The position numbers and the translations under genes are program-made. Shown piece after piece: positions 1 through 13,189 of a stretch of DNA of 64,000 nucleotides. The stretch spans positions 19,902,001 to 19,966,000 of the forward strand of contig NC_043023.1 of NCBI RefSeq assembly GCF_006345805.1, read 5' to 3'. The DNA is from Octopus sinensis (lineage: Eukaryota). The first letter of the stretch is position 1; every line of letters begins with the position of its first letter. A model generated the notes under the pieces. It was not told the DNA's origin and did no database searches. It worked only from the letters and a program-made list of their open reading frames with translations.

Positions 1-91
1 TATATATATATATATAATATAAATGTGTGAGTATGTATGTATGTATATATATATATATATATATATAAATATAAATGTGTGAGTATGTATG

Positions 92-128
<37 letters not shown>

Positions 129-506
129 CAGTAAAAGCAATTAAGATTCAAGTGAGTTCTATTGAATTCACTTAAATGCAGTACTTAACTTAGATGCACC
201 AGAAAACTGTAGGGTATTATATATTTACCTAAATATATATATATATATATTTCTACATACAAAATTTAAAGGGCTGACCACTAAAAATGTACCGTCAACA
301 TGCTAGATATAGACGTCAAATCGCTATTTTCCACAAAGAATATGTTCTCAAATATAATGACAGAACATGCTAACGAGATTACAGTTTATCCTTGCGGATA
401 ATAATAATCAAAACTGATTCAGTACATGGGTAACTCATTTTTATTTCGTATATTTTCATTTGTCTTGCTTATTTTTAACGCTTTGGTATTGTGCTGAGTT
501 TTTATT
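1..506. repeat. Direct duplicate of ~19940-20413 (AT-rich, includes left arm of a fold-back element)
   Basis: Near-identical sequence from 'tattcagtaaaagcaattaagattc' through 'gctgagtttttatt' at both places; the copies diverge after 506/20413. Confidence 0.95.
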
Positions 507-538
507 GGGACAAGTCCTTCAAGGATCTTCCAGATGTA
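505..538 (-). pseudogene. LINE RT fragment, distal piece (YIWKILEGLVP) split off by the Tc1 insertion
   Basis: Minus-strand translation continues the ...RQERYAII/Y reading frame of 2179-2857 across the TA target duplication. Confidence 0.85.
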
Positions 539-2178
539 CACTTGCGTCGGAAATTAATTAGCACTTCTCAAATTTCTACATTTTCTTACATTTTCTTAAT
601 TTAATTAACTTATTATCAGAAACGAACTCGTTTATAATCAAAAATTTATTAAAACATATCCCAGCACACCACATAATTGTTATTAATCGTGAAATTTAGT
701 CAATATCTTGTTGCTCCTCCTTTGGCAGCAATGACAGCTGCTACGCGGGTCGGCATGCTGTCTATGAGTGCCTGCAGGTACTGTGCAGGGATGGCCCTCC
801 ATGCAGCAAGAAGTGCCCCAAACAGCTAGTGTCGGTTCAGGTCAGGTGACTGGCCAGGCCTGTCCATGACTGTCACCCCATGGTCCTTGAAGAAACCGGT
901 TGTGAGCTTGGCTGTGTGGGAAGGCACGTTGTCCTGTTGGAGCACGTACTCCTCGCCACCAAAGAGGTATCCCGTATTATCTCAACGCACTTTGCTGCGT
1001 TGATGTTGCCTTCGACGGCATAGAACCGCCCAACACCACTGTAGCTGAACGCCCCTCACACCATCAGACCACCCCCACTATGCTTCATGGTGAGAGCAAT
1101 GCAGTCTTTGTTGAAGCACTCACCCCTGCGGCGTCGCACATGGACAGGCTTGTCACTGACGAGACTGAATCGCGACTCGTCAGTGAACATCACTGTCCAC
1201 CACTGCTGCACGGTCCATGTCTTGTGGGCACGGGCCCAGAGCAGCCGCCTCTTCCAGTTTTGGGCTGTAAGGAGCGGCCCTACAGGATTTTAGACCAGCT
1301 TCCAGTAATCTGGTCTTGACGGTGGTTGTAGACAACTGCTTCCCTGTCATCTTTTGCATCTCCTCCGCCAGTTGCTGGCTCGTTGCCCTTCGGTTGTACA
1401 GCGACTTTCGGATCAGCATCCGGTCCTCCCGCTGGGTCGTCAGCCTCTTCCGTCCCCTACCCTTTTTGTCAGCTGCTGATCCAGTTTCCTCGTATTTCTT
1501 AAATAAGCACTGAATTGTGCGCCTGGCTACACCAAGTTTTCTGGCTATTGCAGCCTCCGACAGCTTCCCACGCCACGAGAGAGCCTCGTACCATCTCTCC
1601 AAGGTCATGCGAGGTCTTGGGCCTATCTAGGAATGAACGATAAAAACCAGTTATTTTCATTAAAACTATTCATTTGAATAATGTTATGCTATAACAAAAC
1701 TGCTATGAGTTATTATTCATTAAACAAAAAAGAAAGAAAGCAGAATTTCTCACCTTATTTGATGTATAACAGAAAGTTTTGTGAACCAGAAGTGACGTCA
1801 TCAAGCAGAGTGTAGGAGAATTTGTGAGGAAAAAAAATCTTGCAAATACACAAATCATTTAACCTACGAGCTGTTCAAAATGTCTTACGCGATGAGAAAA
1901 CTTAGTACGGTGTGATTTCGGTCCTTGCGAGGCGCTACCTATATCTATTAAACAAAGGAAGATTTGTCTGCATCCGCACTCCAAGTTGTTGTTGCACTGC
2001 TATGTCAACATCATTAGGCTGTAGACTCTCAAACTGCTCTGCAAACAAAGTTACGTCATCGTTCTGCGCAACAGTGAACTCACAACAAAGCAATAGTTCG
2101 AGATATGGCCACTAGGTGACAGCAAATACCTTGAGTGAAGAGAAAATCAAGGGTGCTAATTAATTTCTGACGGTAGTG
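539..2178 (-). mobile_element. Tc1-family DNA transposon, full length, defective
   Basis: 26-bp TIRs at 539-564 (cacttgcgtcggaaattaattagcac) and 2153-2178 (gtgctaattaatttctgacggtagtg); TA on both sides (537-538, 2179-2180). Confidence 0.93.
700..1626 (-). pseudogene. Tc1 transposase pseudogene (frameshifts, stops, internal deletion)
   Basis: HTH region with GRKR motif (ORF 1180-1608); other frames give VMFTDESRF, LQQDNVPSH, PGQSPDLN and the C-terminal SMPTRVAAVIAAKGGATRY*. Confidence 0.9.
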
Positions 2179-2857
2179 TATATTATGGCATATCTTTCTT
2201 GCCTACGCTCCAAGGAATAGAGCTTTAATCTCTTGAGTCTTTCCCAGTAGCTTACATTCTGCACAGAGGTTATCTTCTTCGTGTAGCTACGTTGGATCGC
2301 CTCAAGTTCTGTGATCAACTTGACACTGGATGGTGACCATAGCTGAGAGCAATAGTCAAAGTGGCTTAGGACAAGTGTCTTCCAGAGGACCATCATGGTT
2401 TCTTGTTCTCTTGTTCTAAAGGTTCTAAGAATCCATCCGGCCAGTTGTCTATATTTCATTGCCAATTTAGCAACATGTACACGAAAGGTTGCGTCATCAC
2501 TCATGTAAATACCCAGGTCACGCACTGATTGTGCCTCTGGGATTGCTATTCCTCTGGGTCCAGTGTATTCATTGGGTATTGCATTTAGTTTTGCATGCTG
2601 ATAGTATAAAGCTTGAAACTTTTCAGCATTGAACTGCATGCTATTCTTTTCAGCCCACTTGTATATTTTGTCCAGCTCACATTGCAGGCGTTTAGTGTCC
2701 TCAGGGTTCTGTATTGCCTGTGAAACTTTTGTATCATCTGCATAACTTGTGATTGTGGCTCTCTGTGTGGCTGAGGGCATGTCTGAGAGGGCCATTATGA
2801 ACAGTAGTGGTCCCAAAACAGTGCCCTGTGGAACACCGCTCACTGTTTGCGTGTTAA
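2179..2857 (-). pseudogene. Non-LTR retrotransposon (CR1/Jockey-group-like) reverse transcriptase fragment
   Basis: SGVPQGTVLGPLLF, SYADDTK, MQFNAEKF, RDLGI, DYCSQLWSP and LYSLERR motifs. Confidence 0.93.
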
Positions 2858-2903
2858 ATAGTTACTCCCGCCGTTTACCCGCGCTTGGTTGAATTTCTTC
2901 ACT

Positions 2904-2935
<32 letters not shown>

Positions 2936-4719
2936 CGCGTCTGTGCGGCTCGGCCGGCTACGCGATGCTCTGTTTTAATTAGACAGTCGGATTCCCCCGG
3001 TCCGTACCAGTTCCGAGTCGACCGTTCGCCGCCGGCCGAACGCCTGTCGCGCGACGACGACCGACCCCTTGCGGAGCCGAGCCGTGCGCGCACGGACGCG
3101 ACGGCGAGCCCGAAGCCGTGTCGCTCCACGGCGTCCCGTGTGTGGAATCGTTTTGTTCGCGCCCACTACGCCCCGGGCGCCCCGTATGAAACCGAGCCAC
3201 CGCAACGAACGACGGCCTGCGCACGTGCCGACGCACGAGAAGGCCACGCGCGCGGATCTGGCAGCCGCAACGACGTCCCAGCAACGCGCGCTCTTTCCGG
3301 ACCGAGAGGTCCGTAGGCGGCGGCACGCGACAGAACGCAGCGCAGCGGAGGGAGAGAACGCGTGCGTAGAAGCCGACCCGCGTTGACCGAAGGCGCGACC
3401 GCGCATCGGGGCGAAGCGGGTTGCCCGCCAACGCAGCGACGACCGTCGGAAAAATGGGGCGCACCGGGATGCCGAGTCCGACGCCAACGCTACAGCCCTG
3501 TACCGGTCCGCCGCTTCGCGTGAAGACGTGTTCCGGCGCCCGACCGACTCGGTCCTCGGAGCCAATCCTTCTTCCGAAGGTACGGATCCATTTTGCCGAC
3601 TTCCCTTACCTACATTGGCGCTATCGACAAGAGGCTGTATACCTTGGAGACCTGCTGCGGATGGTGGGTACGGACCGACTCGAGAGCTGCGATTCGTTAC
3701 GGACCCGGATTTTCCAGGGTCGCCGAGAGCGCACCGGACGCCGCCCGAGACGCGGCGCTCTACAAGTACCATATCCGTATCTCCGGACGAGCCGATTCCA
3801 CGGACGCGGTCCTTTACGAAGAAGAGAGAACTCTTCCCGGGGCTCCCGGCAACGTCTCCGGGCTCGCTTGCGTTGCCGCTGCTTCGCCGGCCGCCGGCTT
3901 CGACGACGGACGCGCTGCTAGGAAGAGCATGCCGCGTTCCCACCGACGGACGGGCACTCTCCGAGTTCGGGTTCGGGAATATTAACCCGATTCCCTTTCG
4001 ATGCGAGGCCGGCCGCGTAACTTACGTCGAACTATGGGAGTAGTACTTGTTTTCTAACGACGGATCCGGCGCCTTTCGTGGAAGCTTTCGCCCGCTTCTT
4101 AGGACCGATTGACCCGTGCTCGACCACCGTTGGCACGGAACCCTTCTCCACTTCGGTCTTCGAAGGTCTCGTTCGAATATTTGCTACTACCACCGAGATC
4201 TGCACCCGCGGTCGGCTTCACCCGGGCTCGCGCCCGCGGCTTCCATGCACGCCGCGGCGCCCTCCTACTCGACCGGGCATCGGAAAGTCGCCTCGCCGGC
4301 GATCGCGCAACCTGTCGCCCGGCCGGTCCGGCATCGGTCGCTCGCTCCAGCGCCATCCATTTTCGGGGCCGGTCGATTCGGCAGGTAAGTTGTTACACAC
4401 TCCTGAGCGGATTCCGACTTCCGTGGCCACCATCCTGCAGTCTATATCGACCGACACCCTTTCGGGGATCTAATGGGTGAAGCGTAGGGCACCTTAGCCG
4501 GACGTTCGGTTCATCCCACATCACCAGTTCTGCTTACCAAAAGTGGCCCACTTGGCACCGTGCATTCGTCGTCGCATAACGGCGGCCGCCTCCGATCGGG
4601 AGAGGAGCGGCCCGTTTCGCCCGTTCCGAGTTCGACAGTAGATCGAGGCCGTCAACGTCCCCGGGGCCTCCAGTCGTTCGCTTTACCGGACGGAATTGCG
4701 TGTCATTCTCCCGCTGGCG

Positions 4720-4762
<43 letters not shown>

Positions 4763-6002
4763 CGGCTCGATTGGTCTTTCGCCCCTACACCCGGTTCCGA
4801 TGATCGATTTGCACGTCAGAGGCGCTTCGGACTTCCACCAGAGTTTCCTCTGGCTTCGTCCCGACCGGGCGTGGATCGCCATCTTTCGGGTCCCCGGCCG
4901 CCTGCTACACCTGAGTCAGAGCGCCGTCTCGCTTTCGCTGTGCCGTCGGAGTTCGCGAAGTGAAAGGCTCCAACGACTCGCAGTCGACTGGGACTCCTCG
5001 GTCCGTGTTTCAAGACGGGTCGGGTAGGTTGCCGATGCTCGTCGCTGACCGGCAGCAGCGGGCGGCTTTTCGGGCGGGGTGTACGGCGACCGCAACGCGC
5101 GTCGCCCCCTTGCGAGGGTTCCGCGCAGTCGCGGCGCGCGGGCGGCCGCGTCGCTCACGACCTCCGAAGAGGCCGCGCGCGACTCGCTGCGTCGTTCGTG
5201 CTAAGGGCGAGGTGCGTTTGCCCGTCTCCGTCGGTTAGCCGTGCCTGCGCTTTACGTGGAGCGACGGGCCCGGTCGAGAAGAGCGCGTGGATCCCACCGA
5301 CCGCCGCTTGCGCGGCAGCGACGGGGCTCTCGTCTGCGACCTGCGGACGCCGCGCGCCTACCGGCCCGACGGGAAACGAGTCGCGACGACGGATCGGAGG
5401 GGAAGTGCGTCCGATGCCGGCGCCCCGGAAATCGAACGCCGACGAGGCGGCAGACCTCCGCCCGCGGAACGAGCGGCCGCCACCGGCGCGTTCGTCGACG
5501 ACGACGGCGCCTCGGCGGGAAGCAGCGGACTGAGTCGCCTCGCGATCGCGGTGAGCGGTCCTACCCGTTTACCCCTGGGCGGTTTCACGGTCTCTTGAAC
5601 TCTCTCTCCAAAGTTCTTTTCAACTTTCCCTCGCGGTACTTGTCGGCTATCGGGACTCGTCCCCGTATTTAGCCTTGATGGAGCTTACCACCCGCTTTGA
5701 CTGCGTTCCCAAGCAACCCGACTCTCGGGCCGATGAACACCGCCGATCGCCGCCGGCTCCGAATGGGCCTGGCACCCGCTCTGGGCAGCCCCGATCGAGG
5801 GGACTCCGAACCTAGCCGGGCGAAACGATCGACCGTGTACGACCCTTGCGCCACAGCTCTCGACGACCGTTGCGACCGACGAGATTCGGCGTTGGGCTTC
5901 TCCCGGTTCACTCGCCGTTACTTAGGGAATCCCGGTTGGTTTCTTTTCCTCCGCTTAGCGATATGCTTAAGTTCGGCGGGTAATCGCGTCCGAGTCGAGG
6001 GC
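2858..6002 (-). rRNA. 28S: 28S rRNA, 5' part, ending 13 nt upstream of the R2 insertion site
   Basis: Conserved LSU blocks, e.g. antisense tcctccgcttagcgatatgcttaag, ggtccgtgtttcaagacggg and ...atagttactcccgccgtttacccgcgc at the truncation. 5' boundary approximate. Confidence 0.97.
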
Positions 6003-6496
6003 AGCGTGAAAAAAAAGGAAGAGTTCCCCGCTGCAAAAGAGACGGCTGCCGCAGCTTGCTACCGGCGCACCACCGCTGTCGATCGGCACGAACGCTCGCA
6101 CGAAAGAGATATTCCCACAGAGCGAACGCCGAAAGACGAGACGGCGGCGGCGGCGGCAGCGGCGGCGGCGGCAGCGACGGCGACGGAGGGCGGCGGTTGC
6201 TCGGAGGGGAACGTAGAGGAGGACGCGGACGGGACGAGGGGCCTCGCCGTGTCGCCGCCGTTGTCGTTCCTGCTACTGATCATCCTTACTCCTCTGCTTC
6301 CGCTCGTCGGCGGGCTCCCTCCTCCGCAACAGCGCTTCGCAACGATGACGGTCTGGCATTACGGGAGACGGACGATCGAGCGGCGGCGGCACGCGCGCGA
6401 GATAATGCGGGCCTCGCGGCGAGCGCCGCCCTTTCCTGCGACTCCCGACTCCCCGCCGCAGCCAACGGCCGCGGCGGACTGCGTTTTCGTGTCTTG
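6003..6496 (-). other. ITS2
   Basis: GC-rich spacer between 5.8S and 28S. Confidence 0.85.
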
Positions 6497-6658
6497 ACCG
6501 CCTCTCGACCAGACGGGGCCCCGGGACGATAGGATCCCGGGGCCGCAATGTGCGTTCGAGGTGTCGATGTTCACTGAGTCCTGCAATTCGCATCAGTTCA
6601 CGCGGATAGCCGCGCTCTTCATCGACGGACGAGCCGAGTGATCCCCCGTCCAGGGTTT
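6497..6658 (-). rRNA. 5.8S: 5.8S rRNA
   Basis: Antisense ggccgcaatgtgcgttcgag...cctgcaattc...ctcttcatcgac...gagccgagtgatcc. Ends approximate. Confidence 0.95.
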
Positions 6659-7086
6659 CGGTATATTTGCTACTACTACTACATGCTACACGTACAGAAA
6701 AAGGAAAGCGGCAGCGGCCCCCGACAGGAGGCCGCCGCCGCGCGACGGAAAAATTAAAATAAAATTCGTAGGCGTCGACAGCGGAACGAAGCGCGCCACT
6801 GCCGACGCCAACGGCGAGGTAGGAAGGAAGAGAGAAATGGTCATGGAGCTCGCAAAGCGTGCAAGCCCGCGTCGTCCGAGCGCCATGAGGCGGGGCCGAC
6901 GGCCGGCAGGTGGTGCGCGGTCGGCAGCAGAGAGTGCGGCGTGTCGGCGGGCTGCCGCGACTGCTACTGCTGCGCTGTTAGAGGGCCGAAACAAGAGCAT
7001 TCGGTGGTACTCGGGCGAGGGGGCCCGGCCGCGACTTGAAGAAATTGGGCGGATCGCAAGTTTGCGTTTTCGAAAGAAGACGGCGC
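6659..7086 (-). other. ITS1
   Basis: Spacer between 18S 3' end and 5.8S. Confidence 0.85.
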
Positions 7087-7144
<58 letters not shown>

Positions 7145-7358
7145 AGCGATCGGGTTCGGTCGTCTTCTCCGGGCCATCAGAGAACGCGCCGACGACGGCG
7201 CGGAACGCCGACGACGGCGCGGAACGCCGACGACGGCGCGGAACGCCGACGACGGCGCGGAACGCCGACGACGGCGCGGAATGCCGACGACGGCGCGGAA
7301 CGCCGCCGCGCGTAAGCGGACTCGTCGGCCAGATCCGAGGACCTCACCGGACCGTTCG

Positions 7359-7401
<43 letters not shown>

Positions 7402-8071
7402 GATCGACGCGGGCTGATGACCGCGCCTACCGGGATTCCTCGTTCACGGGGTTGTTCCAGGCCCCGATCCCTATCACGGGAGGTGGTTCAGAGGTTCCCG
7501 ACCCTCTCGGGCCGGGGGAGACGCGCCCGCTGATACCTCCAGAGTAGCGCGCGTGCAGCCCCGGACATCTAAGGCATCACAGACCTGTTATCGCCCCGCC
7601 TCGTGCGGCTTTCTGCCGCCCGTCCCTCTAAGAAGCGCTGCGTTCGCCAACCGACTGGCCCGACGCGACGGCGTGCCGCCGCCGGGCTCGCGCGGGCCGA
7701 GCCGACGGGTCACCGCCGCCGCTCCGCACCGACGCCGCAACCACGCCGCGACGGCCCCCGCGAGGGGGACGGCAGCCGACGCGGCCGCGCAGCGCCGGAC
7801 GCGAAGGAGAGCGGCGGCAACGGCAAGCCCGGGCCGCGCGCGGAGCTACCGACGACGGCTTCGGCTCCGCCGCGCTACCGGAAAAGCACTAATCGACGCG
7901 CTAATTAGCAGGCCGGAGTCTCGTTCGTTATCGGAATCAACCAGACGGATCCTCCACCAACTAAGAATGGCCAGCACCCACCACCCACCGAATCGAGAAA
8001 GAGCTATCGATCTGTCAATCCTACCGTGTCCGGACCGGGTGAGTTTTCCGTGTTGAGTCAAATTAAGCCGC

Positions 8072-8115
<44 letters not shown>

Positions 8116-9736
8116 CTGTTTTGCAACCATACTCCCCCCGGAACCGACTATGGTTTCCCGCGCAGGCTCCCCGCCGGGTCATCGAAGCGAACGCCGGCAG
8201 AGCGCCAGTCGGCATCGTTTACGGTCGGAACTACGACGGTATCTGATCGTCTTCGAACCTCCGACTTTCGCTCTTGATCGAGGAAAACGTGCTTGCCACA
8301 CGCCGTCGCTGCAGTGCGTCTTGCGACGATCCAAGAATTTCACCTCTAACGTCGCAATACGAGTGGCCCGATCGCTCCCTTCGATCATTGCCTCGTCGTG
8401 AACGGAGACCGACGGATGACGCGCGGACGAGGCCATTTTCCATCATTCCATGCTTTTCGTATGCAAGCCGGCGGGGCTCGCTCTGAGCACTCTAATTTTT
8501 TCACAGTGAACGTACCGGCCGCCTCGGACACTCGGCGAAGAGCACCCTCGGAGGAACCGTGCGGGCCGAAACGACCGGGAGGTGGACGCGCTACTACCGC
8601 TAGAACGCGAACGGCGACGACGCCCAATAGCGCACCCGCCTCGTGGCTCCCGCGCGCGCCTGACCGACCCGCACCGTTGAAGGCGCAGGCGTGAAACCGG
8701 ACGCGACGCGGCGCGGGCGAAGACGAGCGCTGGACGGGGTGCCGAGTCGCGAATAGGGCCGGGAGTGCGAACGGACGACCGAAGCGGACGCGCCAGAAGC
8801 GCGCCTGCGACGGCGCCGTCGCCCCGAACGTGCTGGGGCACGTTTTCGAGACCCGAATTCCGACTACGAGCTTTTCAAACGCAACAATTTTAATATACGC
8901 TACCGGAGCTGGAATTACCGCGGCTGCTGGCACCAGACTTGCCCTCCGGTCGATTCTCGTTAACGGATTTGAAGTGTACTCATTCCGATCGCGGGGCCTC
9001 GACAGAGTCCCGCGTCGTTATTTTTCGTCACTACCTCCCCGTGCCGGGAGTGGGTAATTTGCGCGCCTGCTGTCTTCCTTGGATGTGGCAGCCGTTTCGC
9101 ATGCTCCCTCTCCGGAATCGAACCCTGATTCCCCGTTACCCGTTGCCACCACGGTCGGCACTGACCGGGCCGTCGACAGTTGATAGGGCGGACTCGCGGG
9201 GGACCCGTCGCGCGAAGGCTAGTGCGATACTAGCCCGTGCGATCGTACTGACAGTTATCCAGAGTCACCAAAATCGAAGGGCGTGAAGCCGCCGCACGCC
9301 TAAGACCCGCGCGCGGAAGGCGCGGGGCGCGGTGCGACGGCCCGTACGCGTAGGTCTCAGTCTAATATTTGCGCCGCGACCAATGCGGAAGGCCGACCGT
9401 ATCGTCGCGACCGGGAGGGACGGGCGCGGATGCGCCGCCCCCGAACCGGCCGAGCGGACGCCGGCGGCGAACGACGGCGAAGACGCGACGGCTGCCGAAC
9501 GCCGTTTTCGAGCCCGACACCCGGGTGCGACGTGCGATCGCGGCTTCGGTTGCATGTATTAGCTCTAGAATTGCCACAGTTATCCACTCTCCTCGCGGTG
9601 GAAGAATACGGTCCCGAGGATTAGGTCCGGTTCCTGAGCCATTCGCGGTTTCACCATTCGTTTACGGCATGAACTTACACTTGCATGGCTTAAGCTTTGA
9701 GACAAGCATATGACTACTGGCAGGATCAACCAGGTA
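7087..9736 (-). rRNA. 18S: 18S rRNA, unusually long (~2650 nt) with large GC-rich expansion segments
   Basis: 5' end TACCTGGTTGATCCTGCCAG at 9736; 3' end CTGCGGAAGGATCATTA at 7087; universal blocks gacgggcggtgtgtac and attaccgcggctgctgg present. Confidence 0.98.
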
Positions 9737-11049
9737 TCACCGACGTACGTTTCGAGAGAACGATGCGCGGCGGCGGCGGAAGCTCGGGAAGCAGCGCCGA
9801 CGATCGGAAACGAAAACGAGAACGAAAGGAATCGGAGGGGCCGAAAACAGGGGCACGGGCGCTCACGAGTTCGGCCGCCGTTCGTATACGCGCGCGCCTC
9901 CTCCCCGAGGAGGAAAAGAGGCGAAAACAACACGAGTCGACGCGCGAAGAAGCGTTCGCGGAGCAAAAGCGGTTTGCGATCCGACTGCCGCACACCGGGG
10001 CCGCTGCGGACGGGCTCCGGTGCGGGTCGATTTGAAGTGGGGCCGGTTACGGGCGGAAGAGGAGGAGAAGGCGAAGAAGGCCAGCGACTAGGTCGGCAGA
10101 CGAGAGGGGCAGCGGCGATTGGCGCGGGCCCGCTGCAGCTTTTAGACTCGCCCGGCGCCCTATGCGTCGGTGGTCGTCGTCGCTTCCTCCACCTGATCCT
10201 TTCGAAACGGCTGCGACGAACTGCGTCCGGACTGCGGTCAACGAGCGAATGCCATGACGGTGGTCGCCACGAAAACGACGCGCGCCAAGGCGGGGTGATG
10301 CCGGGAAGGGAAAAAAAGCTGCAGAAACGCTACGAGGCAGCGAAACCCGGAGTTGAAGCCACGGTTCTGTCTAGGGAAGAAGGGGACAGACACGGCACCG
10401 CTCTCTTTCGGAGACGCCGCGTCGCCTGTGGGGGAACGGGAAGCGACGGCTAGCCCGTCCGCCGCGCCGGCGGCGACGCAACACGAGGTCAGCGGCGTAA
10501 CCTGACCGGGTCCTCGGCTGCGAAGACGAGGCCGGGGGTCGGAAGAAAAAAAAACGCGGTAACGAGAAGCGGTTCGATTGCGAGAGGACGAACCTGCGGG
10601 CGTGAAGAGGCGGGCAGACGCGGGCGTCGAGGGAGCGCGTATGAAAGACGGGCGGTGTGGCGGCGGCGGCAGACATTCGAGGACGCGCCAGCCTTCGCCC
10701 GCCTCCGGATGTTCGGAGGCGGGCGAAGGCGGGCGAAGGCGTGCGTCGAAAGGTGCGGGTAGAACGTAGCGTCTGATAGGCGGGCGTGAAGAAGCGGACG
10801 TCCAGAGGCGGGCGAAGGCGGATGAAGGCGAGCTTCAAAAGGCGGGCGAAGGCGGGCAAACGCGGGCGTCAACGGGCGGGCGAACGCAGCGTCTGAAAGG
10901 CGGGCGGTTCGGCGGCGGAAATTCGAGGACGCGCCGGCCGTGTAGAGTCGATCTTGCACCGGCAAACGGGGAGCTAACCGTCGTCAGAAAAGGAGCTACG
11001 AGGACATCCCTCCGAGACGGTAACCTATGCCGATCAACCACAACCCTAC
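9737..11049 (-). other. 5' external transcribed spacer
   Basis: Lies between the proximal copy of the repeated promoter-like block and the 18S 5' end; contains short ggcgggcgaa repeats. Start site inferred. Confidence 0.6.
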
Positions 11050-11150
11050 ATATTAGTCTGGAACCCCTTGGGGTGCGACGGTCACCTAGAGCGTGACTAT
11101 CCAGCCGGGGCCGATCCGTTTGCTTACGGTCCCAGCACCTCCTTACTCAC
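11040..11150 (-). promoter_or_regulatory. Putative Pol I gene promoter, duplicated upstream at ~11905-11990 and ~12675-12770 (spacer promoters)
   Basis: Block 'ccccttggggtgcgacggtcaccta' occurs three times. Homology breaks at a TATGTAGGG/TATTGAGGG-like motif on the minus strand, resembling rDNA initiation sites. Confidence 0.55.
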
Positions 11151-13130
11151 GGGTCGGACCACGTAGCTGTTTTTACCCGGTGCATATCGCCACGCACACC
11201 CGGCGACTGACGGCATCGATCGCGCCTACGTCCACGTGTACGTGGGCGAGAGCGCAAGTTTCGCTTAAGCTCCACTTCAGCCTCGCCGTAGCGCGGCGGA
11301 GCTGCGAGCGAAGGCGGTAGAAGGCGGGCGCATGCCCGCCACTATCGGCCGTTGCCTGCACTGGCCGCAGTTTGTCATCTTTCGGAAATTTACGGGACGG
11401 ACCACGTCGCCGTATCGAACGCCCGCACCTCGCGACATCGGTCGCGGCTACGTCCACGCTTACGTGGGCGAGACCGCCCGCTTAAGTTCGTGCTTTCGAT
11501 TTCACGCACGGTAGGGCGGCGGAGACGCGGGCGACCGGCGCAGGCCTTCCGCCGCTACCTCGTGCTAGCCGCAGTTTGTCATCTTTCGGTATTTTACGGG
11601 ACGGACCGCGTCGCCGTATCGACCGCGTGCATCTCGTGAACGCCTTCCGGCATCGGTGGCGGCTACGTCCACGCGTACGTGGACCATACGGCGAGCTTAG
11701 GTTCGTTCTTTGGATTTCGGGCACGGTAGCGCGGCGGAGGAACGGGCGACAGGCGCAGGCCTGCCGCCAACGTCCCCGCTGCGCGTGGACTAACGGAGAA
11801 AGCGAGGCGGCGCGAAGGCGGCGGCCACCCGCCGGGCTGACGTCGTCTTAGGCTAACGTCTCGGGCATCCTGCCGAACGGTCCCGGAGACATCCACCTGC
11901 TGACTGCAAGCCCTCAATATAGTCTTGACCCCCTTGGGGTGCGACGGTCACCTATCCAGTCGGGGCCGATCCGTTTGCTCACGGTCCGAGCACCTTCTCC
12001 TACTCACGGGTCGGACCACGTCGCTGTTTTTACCCGGTGCATATCGCCACGCACTCCCGGCGACTGACGGCATCGATCGCGCCTACGTCTACGTGTACGT
12101 GGGCGAGAGCGCAAGTTTAGCTTAAGGCGCGCTTCAGCCTCGCAATAGCGCGGCGGAGTCGCGGGCGAAGGCGGGCAGAGGCGCGGGCGAAGGCGGACGC
12201 AGGCCCGCCGCTATCGGCCGATACCTGCACTGGCCGCAGTTTGTCATCTTTCGGGAATTTACGGGACGGACCACGTAGCCGTATCGAACGCCTGTACCTC
12301 GCAACATCGGTCGCGGCTACGTCCACGCGTACGTGGGCGATACCGCTCGCTTAGTTTCGTGCTCTCGATTTCACGCACGGTAGGGCAGCGGAGACTCGGG
12401 CGACCGGCGCAGGCCTGGCGCAGGCCTGCCGCTACCTAGTGCTAGACGCAGTTTGTCATCTTTCGGGATTTTACGGGACGGACCACGTCGCCGTATCGAG
12501 CGCGGGTATCTCGTGAACGCCTTCCGGCATCGGTGGCGGCTACGTCCACGTGTACGTGGGCCATACCGCGGGCTTAGGTTCGTTCTTTCGATTTCGGGCA
12601 CGGTAGGGCGGCGGAGCAACGGGCGACCGGCGCAGGCCTTCCGAACGGTCCCGGAGACATCCACCTGCCGACTGCAAGCCCTCAATATAGTCTTGACCCC
12701 CTTGGGGTGCGACGGTCACCTAGAGCGTGACTATCCAGCCGGGGCCGACCCGTAAGCATACGGGTCTGATTCCTTCGACTTACGGGTCGGACCACGTCGC
12801 TCCATTTACCCGGTGCGTATCGCCACACGCCCACGGAGACTGACGCCATCGATCGCGCCTACGTCCACGTTGACGTGGGCGAGAGCCTGATGTTCGCTTC
12901 AGCCTCACTAGATCGGGCACGGCAGCGCGGCGGAGCTCCGCGCGACTGGCGCAGGCCCGCCAATACCTGCACTGGCCGCAGTTTGTCATCTTTCGGGAAT
13001 TCACGCGACGGACCACGTCGCCCCATCGACCGCGTGTATCTCGTGACATCCTTGCGGCATAGGTCGTGGCTACGTCCAGGTGCCCGTGGGCGACACCGCG
13101 AGCTTAGGTGCGTTCGTTCGATATACCAGG
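11050..13130. repeat. IGS subrepeats (~770-865 bp period; internal ~200 bp subunit)
   Basis: 'cgcagtttgtcatctttcgg...acggaccacgtcgcc' recurs at ~11367, 11570, 12236, 12447 and 12978. Confidence 0.85.
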
Positions 13131-13189
13131 CACGTGAAATCGCCGCTTCGATCGCGTCGATAACACACACTCGTGGTCTTCGTCGTAAC

